Virus record (IMG/VR): IMGVR_UViG_3300035670_000049
Coordinates: 32,001-96,000 of that record
Reading direction: 5' to 3' (one strand)
Source: a virus
Length of the DNA stretch: 64,000 bases
Each line of letters begins with the position of its first letter. Positions within the stretch are counted from its first letter, which is position 1. The translations under genes were made by a program, and so were the position numbers. Shown piece after piece: positions 43,882-53,078 of the stretch. The notes beneath the pieces were generated by a model. The model saw nothing but the letters and a program-made list of their open reading frames with translations, was not told where the DNA came from and made no database searches.

Positions 43882-44632
43882 TTACAATCCTCTCTTCTAA
43901 GTCCCTATCGTCGCACACTGCTCCCGCATAGTCACACCAATTACAAACTTGTTCATGATAGATACGGTACCGGATATCTTTTTTATCCATATAAAGGACG
44001 TTGCTGATCATCCTTTTTAATTCATCAATATCCTGCTGCGTTCTCTCAGTCTCAAGTAATTTGCCTGAACGTAGTTGGTGCCAGATTAACTTGCGCGGTA
44101 ACTCTCCATATATTTCTTGACAAGCCCACGCATATGCGGTAAGTTGTAAGTTGTGTCGTAGAAACCAAGGATCAGGTTCCTTTGAACCTGACTTGTAATC
44201 AATAATATCGTAGCCGAGTGCAGGATCAAACTCTACCTTGTCTATCCTTCCGACAACGGCTAAACTTTCGAACGGTATTTTAAACTCAACCTCATGCGCC
44301 AAGGGATTAGGAGCAATTGTTCCCCGTTCTACTCCCTCTGCATACAGACCTAGCATCTTAAGCCCGTCTGCTTCCATCTTTTTCTTTTTTGGATAGCCTA
44401 TAAAAATCTCTTCCTCATCTATCAGACGTTTAAACTCAGCCACAAAGATATTTGTAGCCTTACTAGAGTTAAACTGCCCTGACTCATAGGATAATTCCAA
44501 TGCAAGGTGAAGAGCATTTCCTAGTGCTAGATACTCATTAATGGGTGCCCGTATGGCTGCCTCGTATCGTAGGAAGGCCGCATATGGACAGGCCATTAAG
44601 TGTAAGAATGAATAACTAATGTGCTTTAACAT
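43829..44632 (-). CDS. PD-(D/E)XK RecB/Cas4-like exonuclease
   Basis: SYS.L....CP...GNALH, GRIDKV, IIDYKSG, QLTAY, C.WCDY...C. Confidence 0.88.
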   Translation of the reverse strand: MLKHISYSFLHLMACPYAAFLRYEAAIRAPINEYLALGNALHLALELSYESGQFNSSKATNIFVAEFKRLIDEEEIFIGYPKKKKMEADGLKMLGLYAEGVERGTIAPNPLAHEVEFKIPFESLAVVGRIDKVEFDPALGYDIIDYKSGSKEPDPWFLRHNLQLTAYAWACQEIYGELPRKLIWHQLRSGKLLETERTQQDIDELKRMISNVLYMDKKDIRYRIYHEQVCNWCDYAGAVCDDRDLEERIVNERKKRSGQHSKGADSD

Positions 44633-44641
44633 ACACGCCTC

Positions 44642-44905
44642 TTAACTTTTAAATCGTCTATAAACCTCCGCGTCAGCCTTGGCAATAATTAATGCGCCAA
44701 GAAGATCAAGAGTTGCTTTAATCATATCATCGAAGGCACGTTGCCCGTCTTCGTAAAAGGAATTCTTTTGGATTAGACGACTCGTACCTCTGTGAATGAA
44801 TTCTTCAAGGTCTAATACATTTCGGATAGAATTATCTAGGGCATCTTTAAAATCATCATGCAATTTCATACTCCATATCGAGCCACCCATCCTGAGTCTT
44901 TTCAA
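44642..44905 (-). CDS. Hypothetical protein (start probably MKLHDD)
   Basis: In operon. Confidence 0.55.
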   Translation of the reverse strand: MKRLRMGGSIWSMKLHDDFKDALDNSIRNVLDLEEFIHRGTSRLIQKNSFYEDGQRAFDDMIKATLDLLGALIIAKADAEVYRRFKS

Positions 44906-45167
44906 TGGGCCTGATGCTGGAAATAAGGGCAGACCTTCCGTTGATAATCAACGCCGCATAGGTCAACGGAGAAATATTAGAGGACTCAGAGGATTCCCAA
45001 CGAGTTTTAATATGAGACTTGGTTTTCTTTAGAGTGACAAGTTTCCCTGTCTTTACTTGCTCCCCATCATTGAGTAAAATAAGGTAGGAGTTTTCTGCAT
45101 TCTTACTAAGACGATTGTAAGTAATATCAGAAAGAGATGCCACGCTTCTTCCTCCGCTTCGGTGCAT
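44856..45167 (-). CDS. Hypothetical protein
   Basis: In operon. Confidence 0.55.
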   Translation of the reverse strand: MHRSGGRSVASLSDITYNRLSKNAENSYLILLNDGEQVKTGKLVTLKKTKSHIKTRWESSESSNISPLTYAALIINGRSALISSIRPIEKTQDGWLDMEYEIA

Positions 45168-45345
45168 TCGTATGCTGAATCTCAGTTGCTTTCGATGTAG
45201 TTACTCTCTCTACAACAACAAACTTCCTGCTCTTTCTCCGTATCTGGAATGTCTTGTCAGGAAATCCCGCACAAAGACTTTCCTTAACTTCGTGAGCCTC
45301 TTCAAATGTGTCCGCTGTTGCAACAGGAATTCTTTTTTGCATCAT
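45127..45345 (-). CDS. Small basic protein
   Basis: In operon. Confidence 0.6.
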   Translation of the reverse strand: MMQKRIPVATADTFEEAHEVKESLCAGFPDKTFQIRRKSRKFVVVERVTTSKATEIQHTNAPKRRKKRGISF

Positions 45346-45528
45346 CTACCCTTTAGGTTTAAACGTACTTTTCTTCTGTGTAACAATGCGCTTACTAAGT
45401 AATAGTCTTTTCTCACTTTGTTCCGCTGGCCCCCTTACACCCTGTCTGCCTAACTGGCCGACCCGGTTCATTAGTTTAAATTGACGCTTATAAATTTTCT
45501 CTCCCAATTTATTCTGATCTAGTGGCAA
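45346..45528 (-). CDS. Small basic protein
   Basis: In operon. Confidence 0.55.
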   Translation of the reverse strand: MPLDQNKLGEKIYKRQFKLMNRVGQLGRQGVRGPAEQSEKRLLLSKRIVTQKKSTFKPKG

Positions 45529-45539
45529 CGTTTACTCAC

Positions 45540-45797
45540 CTACTTTGTACTACGAACAATCTCTTTTTCAATCTTCCGATACAGGCGACTCTTAGCACGA
45601 ACCACTGCTAGATCAAACCCTGTCTGCCAGTTATACTCATCGTCTAGGTTATGCAGCGCATGTCCCTTGGCTAAAAGACCTGTCACAGAGTCATATGCAT
45701 ACGCTGTGGTTAGTCCACCATTAAAATATACGGTAGTAGTAATCTCGTCCTCGTCTACCGACATACTAGTTATAGCCATGAGTTGAATCTCCTTCAA
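45540..45797 (-). CDS. Rv2632c/DUF1876-like small protein
   Basis: AKGHALHNLDDEYNWQTGFDLAVVRA. Confidence 0.5.
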   Translation of the reverse strand: MKEIQLMAITSMSVDEDEITTTVYFNGGLTTAYAYDSVTGLLAKGHALHNLDDEYNWQTGFDLAVVRAKSRLYRKIEKEIVRSTK

Positions 45798-46083
45798 ATG
45801 ATTGCTTACCTTCGTCAGTTAAACTAAACGTTGGCTCATTATCCCCAGTGAGATTGATGTTGGTCAAACCCTTAAGGGTTAACTCTAACAATGAGTACCC
45901 GATTCGCTGCTCTTGCGCCCACTTTATTACTTGCGCGGCTTCTTCCTCTGTGAACCCCTCTTCTCCCCTTGAAATAGCAAGGCTCATGATCAGAATTTCA
46001 CACTCTTCCCTAGATAGAATAGCAAACTCATTACTATCCTTCTCATCTAAGAGGGTAGCACTGATTTTAGAAAATAGGTCCAC
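45766..46083 (-). CDS. Hypothetical protein
   Basis: In operon. Confidence 0.6.
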   Translation of the reverse strand: MDLFSKISATLLDEKDSNEFAILSREECEILIMSLAISRGEEGFTEEEAAQVIKWAQEQRIGYSLLELTLKGLTNINLTGDNEPTFSLTDEGKQSFEGDSTHGYN

Positions 46084-46085
46084 GA

Positions 46086-46382
46086 TTACCTCTCCAACTT
46101 CTGTTCGATAGCCAACGCTGTTATCTTGCGGCTCTCATATGTAGCAACGTCTTTGATTACCTCGATAAAAGGGTCCACGATAGTAGTCCGAAACTTCTTC
46201 GTTTCCGCAGTGGAGGTTCCCTTTAACTCCAAGTATGCTAACTGTCTTCGAATCTCCTGCACTCTTAAAAGGATGGCTGTTGCTCGTTGCATACTTTCGT
46301 ATAGATGCTCCGAGTAATCTTGATACACATCCAACTGCTTTTGGTAGCCCTCTATTTCTTCATAAAGTTTATCTAAATCCAA
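46086..46382 (-). CDS. Helical hypothetical protein
   Basis: In operon. Confidence 0.65.
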   Translation of the reverse strand: MDLDKLYEEIEGYQKQLDVYQDYSEHLYESMQRATAILLRVQEIRRQLAYLELKGTSTAETKKFRTTIVDPFIEVIKDVATYESRKITALAIEQKLER

Positions 46383-46567
46383 GGGCCTTCCTCCTTTTCA
46401 ATCTCCTTGTCAATCTTTTCTAAGAATTTCTCGGAGTATGGCGTAGAGCCGGGTTGCTGCTGTCTAATCCAGACAAGCACATCATAAATATCTGCGTCTT
46501 TTTTCACCTTGTTCATCGGTATTGCCCAGCGCATGAATTCATGCCAAAAATCGTCGCAAATCTTCAT
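46373..46567 (-). CDS. Hypothetical protein
   Basis: In operon. Confidence 0.55.
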   Translation of the reverse strand: MKICDDFWHEFMRWAIPMNKVKKDADIYDVLVWIRQQQPGSTPYSEKFLEKIDKEIEKEEGPWI

Positions 46568-46710
46568 ATCCCCTCGCTAATCGAAATAGGTTCCCCCTGC
46601 CTTGTCTATTTCTACGGGAAACTGGGTACCTTGTCGCAGCACCTTTCTGTTGTGCCTTGTCCCATACCAATAGGGCTCCTAATTAGAATACCAAACCCAC
46701 CCCGAGAGGG

Positions 46711-47361
46711 TCAAGGTAACTTGTCCAATTCGGTATAGGTAAAGACATTCTGGGCTTGTTGGAGTTTGGCTTCATTAGACACACCTGAGAACAAGATTTG
46801 TTCTAACTCACCTAAAGCCTTTTCTTTCTTAATCAATTCCTCATGACGAGATTGCTTGATTATTGCCATCGTATCTAACTTTTTCTTTAACCCCTGCGAT
46901 TGGTACTCATGAGGCATATTCGGGGGATCAACGTGTAAAAGTATATTTTTCTGAAAGTCTTCCCCGCGTTGATTTAGAAGAACCCAAGCCGTGATCAACC
47001 ACGTTGGCATCTTGCGATTTTTGTTCTCAGTGACGTAAGTTCTACTAACAGCATCAATTCTAAGTCCAGATATATGTCCAATTCTTCCTGTGGAGGATGC
47101 AATTTTGCTAAAAGATGGATCAGGTCCATCTGCCGCAACCATACGCTTAGCAATTCCTCTTTCAGAATCCTTCGCTCGTCGTCTAAGTCTTCGTTGGTCG
47201 GCTGTAGATTGTGAGGGTTGTCTCCTAGCATTGATTGCAACCTCTTCCAGTGTACCTATTGCCGTGCATGATCTACATCTTCCCTCCCATACCATTTGCT
47301 CTGCTTTACATTTACTACATACAAATTTTCTCTTGCTATTTACCATTTTACCTGTTGCCAT
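46711..47361 (-). CDS. RadA/Sms-type Zn finger fused to a putative PD-(D/E)XK (Hjc-like) nuclease
   Basis: FVCSKC....WEGRCRSC...GTLEE; K.SE..IA...SSTGR...DAV...V.ENK. Confidence 0.65.
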   Translation of the reverse strand: MATGKMVNSKRKFVCSKCKAEQMVWEGRCRSCTAIGTLEEVAINARRQPSQSTADQRRLRRRAKDSERGIAKRMVAADGPDPSFSKIASSTGRIGHISGLRIDAVSRTYVTENKNRKMPTWLITAWVLLNQRGEDFQKNILLHVDPPNMPHEYQSQGLKKKLDTMAIIKQSRHEELIKKEKALGELEQILFSGVSNEAKLQQAQNVFTYTELDKLP

Positions 47362-47370
47362 ATTTGCCCC

Positions 47371-48675
47371 TTAATAATCTTTAAACTTTACATACTTGGG
47401 AAGCCACTTCAAGGTGGCAATTCCTTGCCGACCATTTCTGTGCTTCTTTACAATAATCTCAATTAAATCGTCATCCGGGGCAAGTCCAGACTGGCCGTAG
47501 TAACTATCCCTGTAAAGGAAAAGCACTACATCTGCTGACTGTTCAATCTCCCCCGATGAACGTAGATCAGATAACTCTGGCCTACGATTAATCTTTTTAC
47601 CTTCGCTTCTATTTTCTGTTTGACGTGATAGCTGTGCTAATAGTAATACTGGACAATTAAGTTCTTTACCTAAAGACCTAATCTCCTTTGTCGCATCCCC
47701 TAGAGCATCAACTGTAGACTTATTGTTTAGTTTAATGATGTGCAAATAGTCAACAACAATTAAACCTAAGTCTCCCCACTCATACTTCTTCTGTCTAGTC
47801 ACTGACGAGATATAAGATGTAGGAATTTCACTCTTATCATCGACGTGAATATTATTAAAGAGGGGTACGAGCCTACTCTCAGCCCTTTCGACGCTCTGCG
47901 TGGCTCCTAGACTGCCTAGGAAGGCTCCTGTGCGTATATCTTCCAGTGATACTTCTGACTCTGCGGCTAACATCCTTTCAAATATCTGTTCTCTCGTCTG
48001 TTCAAGAGAAAAGAAAATGACTGGACGTGTTGCGGCTACATTACGTGCAACATTAATAGCGAAGGCAGTCTTACCCATGCCCGGTCTTGCAGCCAATACA
48101 ATTAAGCCCTCTAATCGATGTAACATTAGATCGAGGGCTTGGAATCCAGAACGCACAGCCTTTGGATCGGCTGCCTTCTTTCCTAAATTTTGAATAAAAT
48201 CTTTGAACGCTTCTCCGCTAGAGTCAGATGCATTGTCAAGTATCTTTTGCTGTAGGAACGTAGAAAATCTCTGCTCTAGTTGATGAAGTGCCTCATCAGC
48301 ATCTACTTCGGGGTCATAACATAGGGCTACGATATCTCTGCCAAGATCGATTCCTGCTCGTAGCCTAGCCTTGCCCTTAATTGTTTCGGCATAGTATAGA
48401 ACGTTACTCATGCCGGGTAAAAATTTATTGCTATCTTCTATGATAGTCTTAAAGTATTCTTTAACATCAGGCTTAAGTTTATCTTCTACCGCAAGGGAGT
48501 CGAGGTTATCGACACCAACCTCTTCTATTGTGGAGAAGATTTCCTTGTGCTGAACCTTAAAGAAATCATCTGCATTGATGATCTGTGAAACTCTTGGAAG
48601 CAACATCGGATCAGCCAACGTTGCAACAATAACTGCTTTTTCAAAGTCTTCATTATAAGGAATAATTACTGACAT
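47371..48675 (-). CDS. dnaB: Replicative DNA helicase
   Basis: LAARPGMGKT, FSLEQ, IVVDYL, LLAQLSR, RPELSDLRSSGEIEQSAD, KHRNG. Confidence 0.95.
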   Translation of the reverse strand: MSVIIPYNEDFEKAVIVATLADPMLLPRVSQIINADDFFKVQHKEIFSTIEEVGVDNLDSLAVEDKLKPDVKEYFKTIIEDSNKFLPGMSNVLYYAETIKGKARLRAGIDLGRDIVALCYDPEVDADEALHQLEQRFSTFLQQKILDNASDSSGEAFKDFIQNLGKKAADPKAVRSGFQALDLMLHRLEGLIVLAARPGMGKTAFAINVARNVAATRPVIFFSLEQTREQIFERMLAAESEVSLEDIRTGAFLGSLGATQSVERAESRLVPLFNNIHVDDKSEIPTSYISSVTRQKKYEWGDLGLIVVDYLHIIKLNNKSTVDALGDATKEIRSLGKELNCPVLLLAQLSRQTENRSEGKKINRRPELSDLRSSGEIEQSADVVLFLYRDSYYGQSGLAPDDDLIEIIVKKHRNGRQGIATLKWLPKYVKFKDY

Positions 48676-49344
48676 TTAACCTCCTAGATAGTCTAGTATC
48701 TGTGTCCCTATATAGGTTGTATAGTCTGCGGGAAATCCTTCCTTTAGGGACTGCCAAGATACGGGCCTTGACACTCGCATAAGGGCTCTGCCATGCTCTA
48801 CATTACGAGCCGTCCGACCACCAGCAGGGATAGAGTCGTTAGGTACGTGATAAATTCCCCAAGGTCTAGGCTTACCAGATACAGGATCAATAGGAAATAC
48901 CTTATGATTACATACTGTGCCTTCGATGGGTACATTAGAAAGAAATAAGCGGTGACGTTGAATCTCCATACCAAATGCTGATCCACAGACCGTAACAGCA
49001 CTGGGCATCAAACTCTTTGCGGCTTCAACGTTTTCAATTACCCACGGAACATCTAGTAATTGAAATCTCTCAATCGTTGGTGTTAGTAGATCAAGAAATC
49101 TCGGTGTTCCTCCCTGAGCATCGCGTAAATGCCGAGCCCGTGTAAACAACTGGCATGGAGGGGATGCATGAACAATATCAAATCCCTCTAGAGGAAATGT
49201 ACTAGCATCTGCTTGAATAAATTTGTACGGGTAATCCGGTTGTGGAAATAGGTCAACGCCTGTTACTTCTAATCCTATATTTGCATACCCTTCTGCTGCT
49301 ATCCCTGCTCCACAGAAAAGATCAAGTAATTTGAGTGCGCGCAA
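48676..49344 (-). CDS. C5-cytosine DNA methyltransferase (short phage type)
   Basis: LDLFCGAG, HASPPCQ, VIENV, CGS.FG...RHRLF. Confidence 0.85.
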   Translation of the reverse strand: MRALKLLDLFCGAGIAAEGYANIGLEVTGVDLFPQPDYPYKFIQADASTFPLEGFDIVHASPPCQLFTRARHLRDAQGGTPRFLDLLTPTIERFQLLDVPWVIENVEAAKSLMPSAVTVCGSAFGMEIQRHRLFLSNVPIEGTVCNHKVFPIDPVSGKPRPWGIYHVPNDSIPAGGRTARNVEHGRALMRVSRPVSWQSLKEGFPADYTTYIGTQILDYLGG

Positions 49345-49516
49345 AACTCACCACCATATAGGCTATAAAGATAATGGTTGCAATAAAGGCTGAATAGGGG
49401 TAAAATATGACAAACAGGGAAACAAGGATATATAAGAGTAGAAATAGGCCGATGCCTCTAAGGGCACCGAGAATTATTTTATTGAAGGCTCTTAAGTCTT
49501 GCGGCAAGTTCTTCAT
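49322..49516 (-). CDS. Small membrane protein
   Basis: Two hydrophobic helices. Confidence 0.5.
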   Translation of the reverse strand: MKNLPQDLRAFNKIILGALRGIGLFLLLYILVSLFVIFYPYSAFIATIIFIAYMVVSFARTQIT

Positions 49517-49838
49517 TCTCTTTCCTACTCCTTTCTTTGGCGGCTTCTATGTCAGATAGATACGACTCATCCTGTTCATCTTGTTGCTCTACCTCTTTCC
49601 ACTTATTTTTAGCAACAGCAATGACATACGAAAGAGGATCACCTGTCAAGTCTCTTTCAGATGATTCCACTATTGCTTCAAACATAGGCCAGAAGCCATA
49701 ATTATTAAGCGCCCGATAAAACCTTGGAATAGAAGAGGCTGGCGTCCCAAGTAACTCTTGGTAAAACGCCAGCCATGTCTTCTTTGTCCCACGGTTCAAA
49801 TCAAAGCGCCAACGACTTAGCGGCTTTGATTGTTCCAT
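49479..49838 (-). CDS. Hypothetical protein (possible replication initiator/loader)
   Basis: Helical; near dnaB (position-based inference). Confidence 0.5.
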   Translation of the reverse strand: MEQSKPLSRWRFDLNRGTKKTWLAFYQELLGTPASSIPRFYRALNNYGFWPMFEAIVESSERDLTGDPLSYVIAVAKNKWKEVEQQDEQDESYLSDIEAAKERSRKENEELAARLKSLQ

Positions 49839-49845
49839 ATTGACC

Positions 49846-50295
49846 TCAACTTAATATCGTAGACAGTAACCATGAGGGCTTTGGGTTGCTAGATTTTACT
49901 CCAAGTATCTCAAGAGCCTTGTTCAACTTATCATCCCAATCAGGATCGACTGCTAAATCATCGGGGATGATAGGAACAGGTTCTCCCTGATAGGCTCTAT
50001 AAGTTTTAGCGGATAGAATATAACCCGGATAATCGTAGGAGCAGTAGTAGATAATCTCTAAGCCTAACTTCTTCTCTGCTTCCCTTAATCGCTCATAAAA
50101 GCCTTCTCCATCATTCTCTTTCCAAGTTTCAGTAAAGCCTATCATTTCTCTTACGAGATAATGTTCAGCAAACTCACCGAATCCTTCACCTTCCTCGTTG
50201 TCAGAGTCCCACCATTCGGGAAACTCAAATTCAATAGATTCCTCTAATCCAAGATCATATCCATACGCTAGAAGGCCATCCCAATCAAGTCCCAT
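49846..50295 (-). CDS. Acidic hypothetical protein
   Basis: In operon. Confidence 0.65.
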   Translation of the reverse strand: MGLDWDGLLAYGYDLGLEESIEFEFPEWWDSDNEEGEGFGEFAEHYLVREMIGFTETWKENDGEGFYERLREAEKKLGLEIIYYCSYDYPGYILSAKTYRAYQGEPVPIIPDDLAVDPDWDDKLNKALEILGVKSSNPKPSWLLSTILS

Positions 50296-50296
50296 G

Positions 50297-51031
50297 TTAC
50301 TTCACCCCACGGGCCTCATTGACTTCCTTGATTGTTGCGCCAGCAAGATACATCTCAATCTCTTCTACGCTTGTAGGCTCGGATAGAAGATCAAGATCAA
50401 ATAACTTCTGCTTCTCGCCATTCTCATCAAGGAATGCATCCTCTGTTAAGTCTTCAACCTTTAGAGGATTGGCTGCAATTTGTCGATCACGTCCCGTACC
50501 TTGGGCCATGAAAACAATGTCATACTGATCGATAGTTGCGTTATAATCCTCTGAGTACATCTTCTCAATAGGATTAAGCGTCTTGTTGAATAATTCTGGA
50601 CCACCCTCAAGAATCTTGACCTTGTTTAGTGGCTGAAACTCTGCCTTAGCAAGATCAGCCTTACAAAACTGGCACTTCTTTCCGGGGGTAGTATTGCCAC
50701 AGGCATCACAAACGGCATGGGGTGTACGATCAAGAACGTTAACAACGAAGCGTCGGCGCGCTCCCAATTCCTTCTTCTTAGGATCGTCATCAGACATTTT
50801 CTCGATCATCTTCTCAATCGGGCACGGACGTACCTGAGAGGATGTATTAGGACAATTGACGGCAAATCCCTTGCCCCCATTTGCCATAGGAAGCCAGTGC
50901 TTCCAGATTGTCTTCGCTCGATTATCTAAAATACGAAGAACAACTCTATACTCGGGTGTAAATTTAACGTAAGAATTACTGGTGCGATTACGAGTTTCCG
51001 AATAACTTCTCGGCTCTTCACTGAACGGCAT
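50297..51031 (-). CDS. Single-stranded DNA-binding protein (gp32-like)
   Basis: WKHWL...VNCP...CPI...RRFVVNVLDR...KVKILE.G...F; first gene of the replication operon. Confidence 0.75.
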   Translation of the reverse strand: MPFSEEPRSYSETRNRTSNSYVKFTPEYRVVLRILDNRAKTIWKHWLPMANGGKGFAVNCPNTSSQVRPCPIEKMIEKMSDDDPKKKELGARRRFVVNVLDRTPHAVCDACGNTTPGKKCQFCKADLAKAEFQPLNKVKILEGGPELFNKTLNPIEKMYSEDYNATIDQYDIVFMAQGTGRDRQIAANPLKVEDLTEDAFLDENGEKQKLFDLDLLSEPTSVEEIEMYLAGATIKEVNEARGVK

Positions 51032-51207
51032 ATAGGTACTCCTTTGTACAAACTTCGGCCTGTCCGCACTTCGGACATTGGGCTCAATATGTAGACTAAC
51101 AGATTGGTATCTCTAGGTTCAAATCGTGCGACAAGGCAGTGGCAATTCCTCCTTCCTTAGTATGCTCAGAGTATATACAGTATATACTCTATATAAATAT
51201 ATAAGAA

Positions 51208-51245
51208 AGTATAACACACTCAACCTACCAGAGTCAAATCGAAAA
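51208..51245 (-). promoter_or_regulatory. Promoter TTGACT-N18-TATACT with TTTTCGAyTTGACTCTGGTA box
   Basis: Direct sequence; twin of 5099-5136. Confidence 0.75.
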
Positions 51246-51255
51246 TAAAAAATAA

Positions 51256-51285
51256 TGGGGACCCAACAGAATTGCTAGGTCCCCA
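51256..51285 (-). terminator. Hairpin after the lysis operon
   Basis: TGGGGACC/GGTCCCCA stem followed by a T-tract on the minus strand. Confidence 0.7.
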
Positions 51286-51298
51286 CATAGTATACAAT

Positions 51299-51586
51299 TT
51301 ATTCTGGAGATGCGTTCTCGGTTAACGGCTCAGGATCAGCATTAGCCTCGTTGGCTATTGCATTTTCTCTTAAGAATTTGTCAACACCCTGTAACACTGC
51401 CGTTACAATTAATACGACCCAAGGGCTAGCATCCGAGGGAAGTAATATTCCCTGTGCTAGTGCTGCAACTAAGATACCAACGGCTACGGATAACCCTGCC
51501 TTTATAGCTCTGAGCAACGCTCCCTTTGTAGGATATGGAAGATCGCGCCAAAACGGAATCTTATCTAACCATCCAAATAGTGACAT
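51299..51586 (-). CDS. Putative holin
   Basis: Two TM helices, follows the lysins. Confidence 0.65.
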   Translation of the reverse strand: MSLFGWLDKIPFWRDLPYPTKGALLRAIKAGLSVAVGILVAALAQGILLPSDASPWVVLIVTAVLQGVDKFLRENAIANEANADPEPLTENASPE

Positions 51587-51600
51587 AAATTCAACCTCCT

Positions 51601-52251
51601 TTATAGAGACTTTCTACGAGTAGGATATATAATATAAGTATTGGAAAAGTTACTATATCTTGGTAGATTACGCATAGCAACATTCAACTGGCTTGCTGTA
51701 ATTCTATCGTACTTTGGTTTCTCCGGTCGGGCTGGAGAATTATGATCAGGATCACGAATAAAGATATCCTTATGTGTGCTTCCATTAACAGTATGATATC
51801 GCTTACCTATTGCTAAAATAGCATGTGGACCTCTGAAATTACAATCAGTACGTCCTGATATTTCTGCCTTTGGGGAACCACATCTTCCATGCTCGTTAGG
51901 ATATGATCCGTACCATACCCCTATAAAAACAGGCCCATAAGCAAGATATCTCCAAACATCCCCTGCATCGGCTCCGAATCCTACCTTATAGTGACCAAGA
52001 CCAAACTTTTCTAGTGCCCATAAAATTTCAAGGTGGTTTAACCCGGTACAAGGAGCCTCATTAAATGAGTATTTTGACTGTGCTACCCTTCTAATTTCTG
52101 CTAACGAGTAATGTCTTTCCTTGTAGAAATCTACAATCATTTGAACACAAGTATCTGAACAACAAGATGATCCACCGCAGGGTGCTCCTGCTTGTCCAAA
52201 CTGAAACCTAGGAGGATACTCAAAGATATTTTTACTGTGCGGTAATGCCAT
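51601..52251 (-). CDS. C39-like cysteine peptidase (putative endolysin component)
   Basis: CSDTCVQM (Cys), GPHAILAIG (His), IRDP. Confidence 0.75.
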   Translation of the reverse strand: MALPHSKNIFEYPPRFQFGQAGAPCGGSSCCSDTCVQMIVDFYKERHYSLAEIRRVAQSKYSFNEAPCTGLNHLEILWALEKFGLGHYKVGFGADAGDVWRYLAYGPVFIGVWYGSYPNEHGRCGSPKAEISGRTDCNFRGPHAILAIGKRYHTVNGSTHKDIFIRDPDHNSPARPEKPKYDRITASQLNVAMRNLPRYSNFSNTYIIYPTRRKSL

Positions 52252-52265
52252 AGAAAATCACCCCC

Positions 52266-53078
52266 TTATAATGCGACGATTTCGTCGGCTTTAGTAGATA
52301 TTTGTGTAGACAAAGTTTTAATTTCAATCGCCTTATCCTTAGCCTGTGATAACTTATTATTTGCTACCAAAGCTTCAGCAATAGCAGCATTTCTTTGGTT
52401 TTCTAGTTCAGTTATTTGCTGCTCTAAAAGATTAAGGGTATCTTGTATAGCCATCGTACTTCCTCTTAGTTGTTGAATTAATATTGGTTGCCATCCAGGG
52501 AATCCACTTGTATCTAACTTATATGGTCGCCAACAATATGGTTTCAATCTTCCCGATATTCGATTATGATCTATAATTGTTTCTGTTACGGGAATTATAT
52601 TACCCAAAGCTACTGCTGTAGTATTTTCTCGTATCTGTATGCCTACGTAACGCATCAGATCAATACTTCCAGATAGCAGAATAGTTTGTAACCAGCAAGA
52701 AGCATCCTTTACTGCTTGTGTTACAACACCATCATTAGGTCCACCATCTTCATGTTCTATACTAACAGTATAGTAATTAGGATTGATTACTGTGCCATTC
52801 TCGGTCTTCTTTATTAGAGTCCATCCACCGGAAGGATCATAGTTGCCATTGCCCCAAGCACTATCTGATAGATCAACATACTGACTAATTCTTACAGGCC
52901 CACCGGCTGTACGGTATCCAATACCAAAGTGAGCAGATACATCCCTATCTGGATTAGCAAATGTTGCATCTGTTCCCGGTAGATACCCGACCATTCGGTG
53001 GTTTACAATTGCAATAGGTTGGTAGCCATTTCTCCCCGTCCACTTATTGGGCGAGGGTTTAAATGTTATTTGATACAT
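52266..53078 (-). CDS. N-acetylmuramoyl-L-alanine amidase (Amidase_2) endolysin with C-terminal coiled coil
   Basis: IVNH, VSAHFGIG, AWGNG, SIEHE, IIDH. Confidence 0.88.
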   Translation of the reverse strand: MYQITFKPSPNKWTGRNGYQPIAIVNHRMVGYLPGTDATFANPDRDVSAHFGIGYRTAGGPVRISQYVDLSDSAWGNGNYDPSGGWTLIKKTENGTVINPNYYTVSIEHEDGGPNDGVVTQAVKDASCWLQTILLSGSIDLMRYVGIQIRENTTAVALGNIIPVTETIIDHNRISGRLKPYCWRPYKLDTSGFPGWQPILIQQLRGSTMAIQDTLNLLEQQITELENQRNAAIAEALVANNKLSQAKDKAIEIKTLSTQISTKADEIVAL

